DNA of 64,000 nt from Callorhinchus milii (lineage: Eukaryota): NCBI RefSeq assembly GCF_018977255.1, contig NW_024704742.1, positions 82,586,001 to 82,650,000 on the forward strand, read 5' to 3'. A model generated the notes under the pieces. That model saw nothing but the letters and a program-made list of their open reading frames with translations, searched no databases and had not been told where the DNA came from. A program made the position numbers and the translations under genes. Below, piece after piece: positions 1-11,530 of this stretch (its first letter is position 1; each line of letters starts with the position of its first letter).

Positions 1-94
1 CTATTATGTGTAGTGACTTTTCATAGGCAAATGTGGCAGCCGTTTATCCACAGCTAAGTGTCACCAACAGAATGTCCAACTTGCAATGAGTTCC

Positions 95-600
95 AAAAAA
101 TGTACCGCATGGAAACAGGCCACTCGACCCAATTAGTCCATGACGGTATTTATACTCCACACGAGTCTTCACCCATTCTTTATTCCCTCCCGTACTCTTC
201 TATTCCCCTCTTCTTCATGTGAAGGTCTAGTTTCTTCTTAAATGCACCTATATTATCTGATTCTACCACTGCTTCAGGAGATGAGTTCTTATTCTCACTA
301 CCTTTTGCATTAAGTAGTTCCTCCTTAATTATTTTTTAGATCCCCTAGTCACTATCTTATACTTGTGTTCCCTAGTTACAGAACTAGTCAAAACAGCTGA
401 CTTATGGTAATCTTATTAAAACCTTTTATAAATTCACCTCCATTAGGTCCCCTTTTAAACGTCACCTTTCTAACAAAAAAAAGTCTAACCTGTCCAGTCT
501 ATCCTGACAGCAGTAATCTGTTAGCCTTGGTATCATTGTAATAAACCTATACTGTACTCTTTCCATCATTGCTATATTGTGCTTTCTATCTGGAGAATTG
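95..600 (-). mobile_element. Old CR1 LINE 3' fragment
   Basis: Reverse complement resembles the CR1 3' end at 53533-53931; similar to the copy at 4780-5130. Confidence 0.7.
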
Positions 601-1319
601 TTGGCCTTATCAGAGAGATGCCTTTCTCTTTCTGAACAATGTTAAACTTCCGAGATGCTATCCTGCGTGTAGGCCTCTATTTAAATGCAAGTTGAGGTTG
701 TTGTTATTGTCATGGGATATTTTAGAACAGGCAGAGATGACTTTATTTTAACAACTCAATTGATTATTTTATTCACTTTAAAATATTTTTTTTACTTGCA
801 TCGATGAATCCATGGTTTGCAAAAATTATACAAAGCAATTTACAGAAGCTATTTCAGTCAAATTCATTTGAAGACAGTTATGACTCACAGTTATTTCACA
901 TTCATTTCAAAGAGAAATGGGATTCTTTCTCAACACAGTGAGCCCTTTTTATTCTGCTCCCTTGTCATAAATTCTGAAGTGGTAAATAAGTTCTAGTGAA
1001 AGTATCTATTGCTGCAAAAACATTTCAACTTACAGAACACTGCCTTTTAATGAAAAAGAATCACTGCTAAATGATTCTATCTTTAGAAGCACTGTGATCC
1101 ATTTCACATCAACTCTATTAACTCTGTGTTATTCTTTGTGAATTTTTATTCATTGTGCGGAGGCGTTGGTAGACTGAGTTGAGGAGAATCAGTTGCTTTC
1201 CGCCTATGTGGTGCTTCGATTGAATTTGTAAAGGTTTCTGAAACGTCATTATTCCAGCCTTTATTTTTATCAAAAGACAGTGAAGCGTGTTTTGTTATTT
1301 CATCCCTTGAGAAAGTAAA

Positions 1320-1443
1320 TGCTGCTTTACTTTTCGCCCACAAAATATACAGGCAATTCACTTTACAATATATTCTGTGAAGTGCTTTGAGACGTCTCGA
1401 AGATGTGATAAGGTGCTATATCAAATGCAAGGATTATTATAAA
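1320..1443 (+). mobile_element. SINE 3' fragment
   Basis: cgcccacaaaatatacag...gataaggtgctatatcaaatgcaaggattatt tail. Confidence 0.8.
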
Positions 1444-1724
1444 TTATATACTTGTCTTTTCAGCACTTTTTCTGATCTACCTAGATTTTTACTGCCTTGT
1501 TATGTGGAAGGTGCCTCTTGCTGCCTGAGCGTGAAATATAAAGAAATTTGTAAAGATTTTAGTCAAAATGTTCACGATTATTATCCCAAGATTCCAAAAT
1601 GTTTAACACTTCCTATTTTGTGTGAAGATTTGTGGACAGTGAAACCTTCAATCACTTTATTCCATAGTGACACTGTTCGGGGAATGCTTTCATCCTTATA
1701 TTTGGTACAGCCCCTTTCACAGCA

Positions 1725-2045
1725 GGAGGAGATCTTGAAGCAATTCACAGAATGCACAGAATACGGTGTATTGACTGTGTATTTTGTAGCACATCAGTGT
1801 GTTACAAACGCCCGTGAAGTGAGTGACAGAGTTTATTAGGGGGATTGTTGGCCAGGACATTTGGAGAAACTGCCTTCTCTTTTCAAATAATGTCATGGGA
1901 GTTTTAATCTCCACCTGAACATGCAGACAAAATTTCAGTTTGACATCTCATCTGTTAGACTATATGGGTTCAAAGTTCTGACATGGGGTTTGAGCCCCCA
2001 CAACCTTCTGGCTCAGAGGTGAGGGTACTGAGCTGAGCTACACAT
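1725..2045 (-). mobile_element. Deu-domain SINE (family B) fragment
   Basis: Reverse complement of gttcaggtgga...cccatg(g)cattatttgaaaagagaagg...gtcctggccaacaatcccc, plus the head. Confidence 0.75.
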
Positions 2046-3061
2046 ACTATCTATTGCAGCCTATCAACAGAATTGACTATTTTGCAAGTGAATGCCCTTT
2101 ACAAAAGGACAATTTCATCACAGCAGTACAAATAATGTTCCTTTTTGGATGTTTCAGGCATCAAAAAATGGTATTTTTGCTATGATTTTGTGAGGGATTT
2201 CCCATTCGAAGGATGACAATTTTTAGACTTGGGACGTCCTCCCGACATGAAAGACGCTATACAAATGTAACTTGTTGTTGTGTTGTTATTGTTGATACAC
2301 CCATGGATCAGATCGGGGAAATAAACAAGCCTTCATTTTAGATTTCTGGATGATCACGTTGTTCAATGAGAGGCAGTGTTGTGCTGCACATCCATGCCCA
2401 TTGGATTCTTAACTGCAGTGGGAATCATTTATACATGCAACATTGTACCTGGGTCATTGCCTTAAAGGAGACCAAATCACATTGAATCTTTTGCAGAATT
2501 TCCAATCTAATGCTAAAGATGGACTGTCCCCTTCCATTCGCCCTGGACTTCAGTACAGTGCTTGGATGTGAAGCCGCTTAAAAAATTCAGCACTGTCTTT
2601 CAGCTTCCACTAACAGCCTCGATTGCTGTTGCTGACTGAATTTCTGTGTTGCTCATCAGATACTGTCTTCACTCAGGAGGGATATAGCCAGTATTCCGCT
2701 GAAGCAGCAGAGAAAACGACATTCGGAAGCAACAGTGTTCACTGATAATAATCTGAGTTTATTCTAAATGCGGTACCTCTGCTTTATGCTCCTCTCCGCC
2801 CCCCCCCCCCCCCCCCACCGTGATATTCACTCATTGGTCATTTGACACCTGACTAGGTTTGAACCCTCACTGGGTGGATGGCAGATACCAGGAACTCATT
2901 GTGAGTCTCTTGGTGGACAGTGGAGCTCAGCATAAAATGCATAAGAGAATTGCCACCTTCTTTCTGCCCACAGCTCAGACACACATCCCTTCCCATTGAG
3001 CGATTGTTCCACTTGTTGGAGGTGTAAGCATGAGCAGCAGGTGCTTACCTCTCATGGTCCT

Positions 3062-3459
3062 GTGGAGTCCTTTAGCTTAGCGTTTAGAGCACTCGCCCCA
3101 CAAGTGAGAGGACCTGTGTTCGAATCCCGGGCAGGGTGAAACGTTGAGCAAGTTTCCCTACTCCACTTGCTTCTGTTTACCTAGCAGTAAGTAGGAACCT
3201 GGTTGATAGTCGATTGGAGGATGACTTTTCTGGGAGTAATAGACATGGAATAAATTTAAAAAAATACATTAATTAAAAAATAATAATAATTTGGTCACTC
3301 AATCCATGATTGTTTGTGGGACAGTGCTGTACATAATTGGCTGCAGCATTTCACCCACAAAATATACAATCAATCCACTTTACAGTATATGCCGAGAAGC
3401 GCTTTGAGACGGCTCAAAGACATGATAAGGCACTGTATCAAATTCAAGGATTATTATAA
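3062..3459 (+). mobile_element. tRNA-headed SINE (family A, older long subfamily)
   Basis: gtggagtcct..agcttagcgtttagagcactcgcc...gttcgaatcccgggcagg head with A/B-box-like motifs, shared 3' half and (TTA) tail. Confidence 0.85.
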
Positions 3460-4592
3460 TGAAAAGGTAGATTCAAGCCTTTCATATACGAATGTGTGGT
3501 CATGAACTCACACTCTAGGTAATGCCTTCCAGCAGCTGTAAGCTCAGGCTTCAGAGTTTCTTCAGCTTGGTAGAAGGACCTATACAGTTTATAGTGCAAA
3601 ATATCAAGCAGGTACTTTGGGAATGAAAAAGCACTTGTCAAGAAATTGGAAGTATATAAGTTCTCATGAGCTGGCTTGGCAATGCATGAAGTGGAGTTAC
3701 CGGGGAGCAGACGCACGACATGTCCTGAGACACTTTTTCCAGTACTTGGAGCATTTTCCCGACGGGCACCTTTTTGAGCTCCCCCTCCATTGCCACAGCA
3801 TAAATTGTTCAGGCCAGGGTGTCTGTCCCCTTGTGTTGTGGTGAGAATTATTTTTACTATAGCACCATCACGTGACACTGTCAGAGCCTACATCAATAGC
3901 GGAGCCTTTCACCCATAGCAACAAAGTGCATGTTATCTCTCCGGAGGAGAATAACAAATGTGGAGCAGTCACCGTGAGACAATATTTCAGTCTCCGGCTC
4001 TGCTGATGTTCACCAAGTGATTGTGCTCTGCGGTTTATGACGTCACTGGGCTATCGAATTGAATTACTGCCTTGTAACTCGCTCCTGGCCCTCTATTATC
4101 TTAGGCGTAATAACCAGTAACTAGATAATACAAATTCTGCTCCCGTGGTATTCAATTTTTCTCGCACAAGGGATAAATTATTTCATCTTCCAGGAGATCT
4201 GTGAATGAGAGCACGTCTGCCCATCTCTGTAGTTCCTTTCAGGGGCTGTGAAAATGATTTTTCAGTCCATTTAAAACTGGTTCTATGTTTTTGTAATCTC
4301 TTTTTATGGATGTATTTGAAAAAGCTCTATCTCAGTTTGCCAGCAGCAAAAGTAATCTGTTATTTTATCCATACAAATTCTTAAATCCCTGGGTACATCC
4401 AGTATAACTTAGAGGGGAGAGAAAAATGTTGCAAAAAAAATTAAAATCAAATCCTAAATTGTGATTGAGCGCCTTAGTCCTCTGATATACTTTCGCTGCA
4501 GGATTTCAACATAATTCTATGCTGTTCATTTGTATAACCTTGGCAGGCATATGTTAGAGTGCAGGATGTTATCATCTGTTGTGTTTCCTTAC

Positions 4593-4650
4593 CTGGAACT
4601 CTGCTTTTTCATTCATCCGCCCCAGCCCAAGTACAGATAGCACTTGGTGC
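4593..4650 (-). other. Candidate 58-nt exon (HQVLSVLGLGRMNEKAEFQ)
   Basis: Long polypyrimidine tract ending ggccacag|, donor CAG|gtaagg, one open frame. Confidence 0.45.
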
Positions 4651-4779
4651 CTGTGGCCAAATGCAAGCAAAATGAATCGGTGAAAAGGGGAACAAAAGGG
4701 AAATAAAGCCCACAGTACTCAAAAGTACTCCGAGCCACTCTGTTCAAAGTGCAACCCTACTAGCTGTATCAGAATGTGG

Positions 4780-5130
4780 CAGAATTACATAGATAATGGA
4801 AACAGCACGGAAACAGGACATTCGGCTCAACCAGTCTGAGTTAGTACTTACACTCCATGAGTCTCCACCCACTCCTTACTCACTCCCATAACTCTCTATT
4901 CTGCTCTCCCTCAAAGCTTCCTTTTAAGTGCATCTATACTGTCTGATTCAACCATCACTTCATGCAGTGAGTTCCACATTCACACTATTCTCTGCGTGAA
5001 GTAATTCCTCACAAATTTTCTTACTGATACTCTAGTCGCTATCTTATACTTGTGTCCCCTGGTTACGGACACGTGGGAACGGCCTATCTATTCTAACTTT
5101 ATCAAACCCTTTTATGATTTTGAACACCTC
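4780..5130 (-). mobile_element. Old CR1 LINE 3' fragment
   Basis: Similar to 95-600 (ggaaacagg(c/a)cattcggc...gagttccacatt...). Confidence 0.7.
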
Positions 5131-5200
5131 AAATATAAAATGATGATTCATTTTAATCTCCAAAGCATGTTTAAGGTGTCTGAAAATTGTGAAGACTCAC

Positions 5201-5239
5201 CTGGTTACATCGGGCAGGCTTTCTCCACTCCCAAGTTCA
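5201..5239 (-). other. Candidate 39-nt exon (ELGSGESLPDVT) of an unidentified minus-strand gene
   Basis: Acceptor ttgttactctag|, donor CAG|gtgagt, one open frame; phase-compatible with 4593-4650. Confidence 0.4.
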
Positions 5240-5392
5240 CTAGAGTAACAACAGCAATGAATAAAATACATTGGTGACCCAGAGTATCTCTTGTACTTTA
5301 CTGGGCGATTTCTTGACACTTGAAACTTATCTGGAAGCCAAAGGTTGCTGTGTTTGGCAAACCACAATGCAGACAGGTGCAATACAGACAGG

Positions 5393-6080
5393 TGTGTCAG
5401 ACTTCTGAGTCAGAGATTGTTTAAAACTCATGTCAGGACTTGGAATCATACAGTCTAAGCTGACACTCCAAGGCAGTGCGGGGAGTTGTTGTATTGTTCA
5501 GATGAGACGATAAATCGAGGTTCCATTTGCCTGTTCAGGTGGATGTTTGAGATCCAATGGCATTATTTGAAAACAATAACAACAAATTATATTTGTCTAG
5601 TGTCTTTTACCTCATGAGGACATCCGGGGAAAATAATTTAGAGAAGTTTACAGGGAGAAGCGAGAGGAAGGAAAGGAGAAGTAGTAAAAGAATAAAACTA
5701 TACTAAACCTGATTCCAGTATTTGAAAAACTGACCAGAGGAAATGACTTCATGCAGGGAGCTTCTCTCTCCTGGCCAACAATCCCCCAAATAAAATTGGT
5801 TACTCACTTCATGGTGGTTTGTGGGACATTGTTCTGCCAAATTGTCTATTGCATTTCGCCTACAAAATACACAGACAGTCCACTTAACAACACAACCTGT
5901 GAAGTGCTTTAAGATGTCTGACCATCTCACTGGGTGTCACTGACCATTCACCTGTCATCACTTCACCATATTTTCCTACAAGTACACAGTCACTGCTCTT
6001 TACAGCATTCCCAGTGAAGCACTTTGAGATGTTTTGAGATTTTGCCAAATCAAATGCAAGGTTTATTATTAATAATGGTA
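5393..6080 (+). mobile_element. Family B SINE, interrupted by an antisense L2 tail near 5573-5690
   Basis: gtgtcag...ctgagtcaga head and gatgagacg..aaatcgagg...gttcaggtggatg Deu core; resumes at ~5750 with cctggccaacaatccccc. Confidence 0.75.
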
Positions 6081-6466
6081 ATAATAATGGTCTTTTCACA
6101 CTGCAGCAGGAGGTGTTGCTCATTTTGAGCCTCACTGCTTTTATACAGGCTCCAGACTTCTAGAGACTGCCTGCAGCAACAGATGTTCTGCACGTAAACG
6201 ACTCTCAATAGAATTGTATAAGTACCACCAAATCAAGATGGTCCAATAAAAGTGACCCTTATGCAATGTCAATGTGTTATTGCCTTGGGACGTCCTCCCG
6301 ACGTAAAAGGCGCTATACAAATATAATTTTGTTGTTGTTGTTGTTATCAATACGTGCTCTGACTCAACAACTTTGTACTATTGAGTTGGATATCCAAAAG
6401 ATATCCTGAAGATTCCACAATATCACAAGATCGGATTGGATGAAGTAGGCCCTTCGGCCCATTTGA

Positions 6467-6735
6467 GGTCCCAGTTCAGATGGATGTTGAAGATCCCAAG
6501 AAACTATTTGATAATAGAAGGGTTACCCTTGGTGTTCTGGCCAACAATCCCCCAAATAAAATTAGTCAATTCACATCACAGTTGTTTGTGAGACTTTTCG
6601 CATATCGGCTGCCGCATTTGCTTACAAAATATGCAAATAGTACATTTTACAGTAAATCCTGTGAAGGGCTTGGAGATATTTTGATGATGTGATAAGGTGC
6701 TTCATAAAATACAAGGATTGTATATTGTTATTGTA
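6467..6735 (+). mobile_element. Family B SINE 3' half
   Basis: ggtccc..gttcagatggatgttgaagatccc...ctggccaacaatccccc... through to the tail. Confidence 0.75.
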
Positions 6736-7944
6736 TTCTGTAGGCAAAGGTAGACTGGACTCTAAATTGGGTTTTTGGAGATTCGGAGCGCGGAAAACTG
6801 TCCATTTTACAATTTGAGTTGCTCCCAAGGCAGTTTATTGTCCGGAGACAAACCCATAGTGTATAAACAGTCTTGAGTCTCCAAGGGTTTCCTGTTCTAT
6901 GTTAAACAGAGTCAAATGTTTCCAACCTTTTCATTTCAACTGGAGCTCTCTGTGAGCTATGGTGTCACTGCTGAGCACAGTGGTGTGTGTATATCTGTCC
7001 TGTGCCAAAATATTTTACAATTTCCACATACAAAAAACTATCAAAAATTGGAACAGTTGAATGCACCTTCAGGGATCGCTTAGCAGTTAAATCAACATGA
7101 AATTTGTTTCCATCTTATGATTGTGGCCATGCACAATAGTGTGTTAACAACACTTCTGCCACCTCATACCTTTCTCTTTCTGTCTCTTACTCTCTTACTC
7201 TCTCACTCTCTTGGTATTTTTGTTTCTCTTTCCCTATTTTATTGATATAGCTTTGATCATCAGGTTATTTTTCCTCTAAACTTTCCTCCTTTCTTACTCT
7301 GAATAACCATCGTACATTATATTCAATAATAGTAAAAATAATAATTGCATTTATACAGCACATATCACATTGAGAGAAGGTCTCAAAGTGCTTCACAAGA
7401 TATGCTGTGAAGTATAGTGACTGTGTATGGTGTAGGTGAATGCGCCAGCCAACTTGCACATAGAAAGGTCCCACAAACAGCCACGAAGTGAATGACTAAA
7501 TTCCTAACCAAAGTCCCGATGAGAGGCTTGGAGTGAAATTTGTCATGTTTGATGGCGCGTTCCTTCAGAAAGTTATAAATTTGTTGCAGTCGATAATTAA
7601 CTCCAGCTTCTGCACCATGGTCTGTCTCCACTCAAACTCAGGCTTGCGGCCATTATCTTAGTGTATCTATCAGCCTCATCCAATCTGCCTTCCACAAGAC
7701 AGATTTTAGCTATAGAAGTAAATAGGTTTGTCACTTGGCCATTTTTTTTACTGCCTTTTTACAGTGATGAAATGCGTATGAGAGAGAGAGCATGCTCAGG
7801 ATAGAGCAGACAAGGTTATAGGCACGGAGCAAAGCTGGGAGAAAACCTGGCTATGCACATGTATATACTTGTTAATATCCTGATACAGTAAAAGTAGAAC
7901 CCCTAAACAGAGCTTAGTTAGTGGTTGTTCTTACTGTATAATTA

Positions 7945-8060
7945 TTTACATTAGTACCTGTTCCCCACCAACAGTCATGTACACTGTGAAATTCACTGTG
8001 AAATTCACTGTGAAATTCACAGTGGCATGAATGTTGGTGGGAGGCAGGTACTAACATAAT
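7945..8060. repeat. Imperfect palindrome with a central 12-bp tandem triplet
   Basis: ttagtacctgttccccaccaacagtcatgt (7951-7980) vs the reverse complement of gcatgaatgttggtgggaggcaggtactaa (8025-8054); centre is (cactgtgaaatt)x3 + cacagtg. Confidence 0.85.
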
Positions 8061-8066
8061 GTGAAT

Positions 8067-9280
8067 AACAACAACAACAACAAAATTACAATTGTATAGC
8101 GCCTTTCACGTCCGGAGGATGTTCCAAGGTGCTCAACAGAGTTTTTAACCCGAGCTGAGGGTCGGGGTGGAGGATGGGGGAGGGCAGTGGGGGAAGCAGG
8201 GAGATCGAAAGCACAGTCGAAGAGGAGGGTCTTGAGGTGGATCTTGAAAGTGTTGAGGGAGAGGGTGAGATGGAGGGACTACGGGATGGAGTTCCAAAGG
8301 GTGCGTGCAGAGTGGCAGAAGGCCCACCCGCCGATAGTGGGACGAGTAAGGCGGGGGATGCGAAGCAGGCCGGAGCCAACTGAGCGGAGGGAGTGAACAG
8401 AGTTGTAGGGGTTTAGGAGGTCGGAGAGGCAGGAGGGAGCAATACCGTGAATTCTTTGAAGGTGATGACCAGGATCTTGAACTGTATCCTCTGTGTGATG
8501 GGAAGCCAGTGGAGTTGGGCGAGGATGGGGGTGACAGGGTCGTGGAGCCTAGTGTGTGAGAGGACATGGGCTGCAGAGTTCTGGATGATCTGCAGCCTAT
8601 GGAGGGAGGAGTTGAGTAGGCCGAGTGAGTTTGCATAGTCGAGCCTCGCTGTAATGAAAGTGTGTATGAGGGTTTCAGCGGCCTGCGGTGTGAGACAGAA
8701 CCGGGCAACATTGAAGGCAGAGCGGGTCATGGCGCAGATGTGGGATAGAAAGGATAGTTGAGGATCAAACAAGACCCCAAGGTTCCGGACTGGCTTAGCA
8801 ACGTGGAGTGTGCAACCATGGATGGTGATATTGGTAGCGCCTGAAGTGAGGAAGCACTGACGGGAGCCAATCAGGAAAGCCTCGGTCTTGTTGATGTTCA
8901 GCTGAAGAAAATTAACTCTCATCCAGGACTTGATGTCTGACAGACTTTCTGTCAAGACAGCAGTGGTCCTAGAGATCAAGGGTGGAGACAGAGAGTTAGA
9001 GTTGGGTGTCATCCGCATACATGTGGAAGTTGACCCCATGTCTGCGGATGATGTCACCAAGGGGGAGCATATAAATGTTGAAGAGGAGGGGACCAAGGAT
9101 GGAGCCCTGAGGAACGCTGCTTGAGACGTTCTGGGGGCTAGAGGAGAAGCCATTTGAGGAGATGAAGTGCAGGCGGTGTGAGAGGTACGATCTGAACCAA
9201 TCAAGGATAGCGCCGTGGAAGTTGAGGTGAGAGGAGAGATGGTGGATGAGGATAGAGTGGTCGAATAAACCATGAAGCAC
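8067..9280 (-). mobile_element. 5'-truncated decayed L2 (RT plus tail)
   Basis: Frameshifted [38 protein letters not shown] segments; (CAA)n tail on + at 8067-8083. Confidence 0.93.
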
Positions 9281-9604
9281 CTCATTTGACTGAAACTTGG
9301 TCACAACACACTTCCATTTGAAGCTCACTCCTCCAGTAGCTACACGTGTTGTGACCAAATGTTTTAATCAATCAAGGTGCTTCATTTTGTACCATTGTGC
9401 TCAAGAAAATAAGTGGGAAAGTCATGAGAGGAGAAGTGTTAACATATTAATGGAGAGGCTCAGTGAATTGTATCCGAAAGGCCATGACGGGCTCGGCAGG
9501 GAGGCTCTATTCGAGTCAGTGGCCATTTATTCGAGTTTTGTCTAGTTTTTATTGCATCTTGGAGGTGGCAACCCAAGAATAGAGGAACACAATTCATCCA
9601 GTTT

Positions 9605-10075
9605 CCTCTTAAGCAGCATTGAAATTATATCTGTTGGTAATAGAACAGAGGCAGAGCAAGGAAGACAAAGGAGAAAATGGGGTAGAAGACAGGGGATGAT
9701 GGGTTAAAGAGGTGCTAATGATGCAAAACAAATGGGGGGAATTGTAATAAAGCAGGGGAGTAGAGGTGTTATTACTGCAGAACAAATGGGGGGAAAGATT
9801 GCAACAAAATAGGCAGACCAGAGAGAGTGAAGGTGTGTCTGGGACCAAGATGATGTTCCAGACACAGAAGAGGGGGAGGGGGAAGGTGAGCTGTTATAGT
9901 CTGAAACTGTTGAAATCAATATTGTTTTTCTTTCTGGGAACACTCAGCAGGTCAGGCAGCATCTATGGAGAAAGAAAAGTGTGTCAACTAGATGTTCCCT
10001 GACCTGCTGAGTGTTCCCAGTGACTTCTGTTTTTGTTTCAGATTTCCAGCATACAGTATTTGCGTTTTGTTTCAC
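9605..10075 (-). mobile_element. Penelope-like element 3' fragment with inverted terminal (pLTR-like) structure
   Basis: Minus strand 9896-9924 encodes ...NIDFNSFRL*, matching the ORF end IDFNNFRP* at 56650-56677. It is followed by a 23-bp perfect inverted repeat (9934-9956 / 9998-10020). Confidence 0.7.
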
Positions 10076-11451
10076 AATCGGGGATTTCCTTTGACTGTGG
10101 TGAAATTACAATGCACCCCCTCCAATCTCAACTGCAGAATGACACGATAGGTAACACACCTAACATTAATGGCCTAGTTTCTGTTCTCTCCAAAGGCAGG
10201 ATGAAAATACACTTTGCTACTTTCACAGGGCTGCCTTTGTTGTGGGAGACTGTCCATAGCAGCTAAGCTGAAATCAAAATAAGTATCAATCTCTCTCCAG
10301 CATTTGAAGGGCTCTTAAACCCCATCCTTGGCATCTGCTGACTGTTACTTGTTAATTGATCTCATCCTCTGATTCACCCTATCCAACATTGTGGTGCCCT
10401 GACTGCCAGCTTTGGCCCTGTGCCTCTATCTCTCAGTTTTAAAAACTGTATTCAACTTTCAAAGTAAAGAATAATGGATCACTGAAGCGATTAGAAGCTG
10501 GAAATCATATCAAGGCAGTTTAGTTGATGTTATAAACTGATTGAGTGATAATTGAATCCCTGAGATGGAATTGCAGCCTTCAAACAACTTTGAGGCATAT
10601 ATTGTATCCAATATTCTCATTGTCTTTTGATAACACTGATTCAAACAATTGAAGTCTGAATATTACCTTCCACAATGTGATTCACTCAATTTCCTGAGAT
10701 TGCCAGGACTCTCCTCTGGTCTTATACGGAGCATTTGATGTTCCCCAGTTAATTCTCTTCAAAATTCTGTTAATTAACAATACTTAGTTAAAATGCACCA
10801 ATGTCCCAGCCTTTTACTTTGTTCTGACAAACTCCACCATATTTCTGGTCAGCACTGCAAGCTTTGTTTCACTGCTGCCACAATAGAATTTTGAATAACC
10901 AGTCTGCACTTTACACATTGGGATTTACAGCAGAGATGGGACATTTCATTGGGGGGTGGGGGGGACAGGCATTCCTTGAAATATCAGACGTCTCCCTTGT
11001 CTATATAGCAGCGAAACATAATGAATTATTAAGCACATCTAAGTAATGTTTAATCTATCCTTTGGTAAAGGGAATGATAGGTGTTTTCTAATAGATAGAT
11101 GCAATTTGGTGCTGTTAGTGATGAACGAATATCATGGACGTGGAAGACAGAGGCATATTAGTGCTGTAATATTTGACTACTGCCAAATATGACTGTGATC
11201 AGGTAAAATTATTGTAGACATGCAGTCCAGTCTTAGAGACTTTCCTTTTGAAGGGAATTTAATCTGAAGAATAACCTTTCATAATTCAAAGACGCTCAGA
11301 CTAATGGGTTTTCCTATGTTTTTAAACCAGCCAAAAGTGTTTGCTGTGACATAAGGATAAAGAGATTTTCTTTGATCAAATCAAGCCTTTCGTGTTCACA
11401 GCATTTAAATCAACTCCAGCTCATTACATCTTGTTCCTGGCTAAGAAGAAA

Positions 11452-11530
11452 ATGTTGTCTGGATTTGTCTACCCTTTAGGCTTTGCAGTAGTCATCCTTC
11501 TCACATCAGTCTTTCTGTTGCACAAAACAG
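11452..11530 (+). CDS. Candidate signal-peptide first coding exon MLSGFVYPLGFAVVILLTSVFLLHKT (phase-1 donor)
   Basis: gaaaATG start, 26 mostly hydrophobic codons plus 1 nt, then the consensus donor CAG|GTGAGT, in non-repeat sequence. Downstream exons not confidently identified. Confidence 0.35.

Noticed and set aside
1387..1839. 150-aa ORF and other 60-155-aa ORFs (e.g. 35446-35808, 46548-47012, 55075-55491)
   Set aside because: They run through SINE fragments or lack recognisable motifs and splice support; consistent with random ORFs.
2677..2767. Plus-strand frame ...KRHSEATVFTDNN... resembling VIP/PACAP (KR-HSDAVFTDNY)
   Set aside because: An extra residue breaks the register, a stop follows within 5 codons, and the RKQMAVKKYL continuation is absent; most likely chance.
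3701..3830. In-frame TGA in GTDTLA*TIYAVAMEGE... read as possible selenocysteine
   Set aside because: No resemblance to selenoprotein families I know, no redox motif, no SECIS identified, and the exon frame itself is uncertain.
7982..8024. Short repeat arrays considered as CRISPR-like (also 45079-45173)
   Set aside because: Tandem units without unique spacers, vertebrate context and no cas genes.
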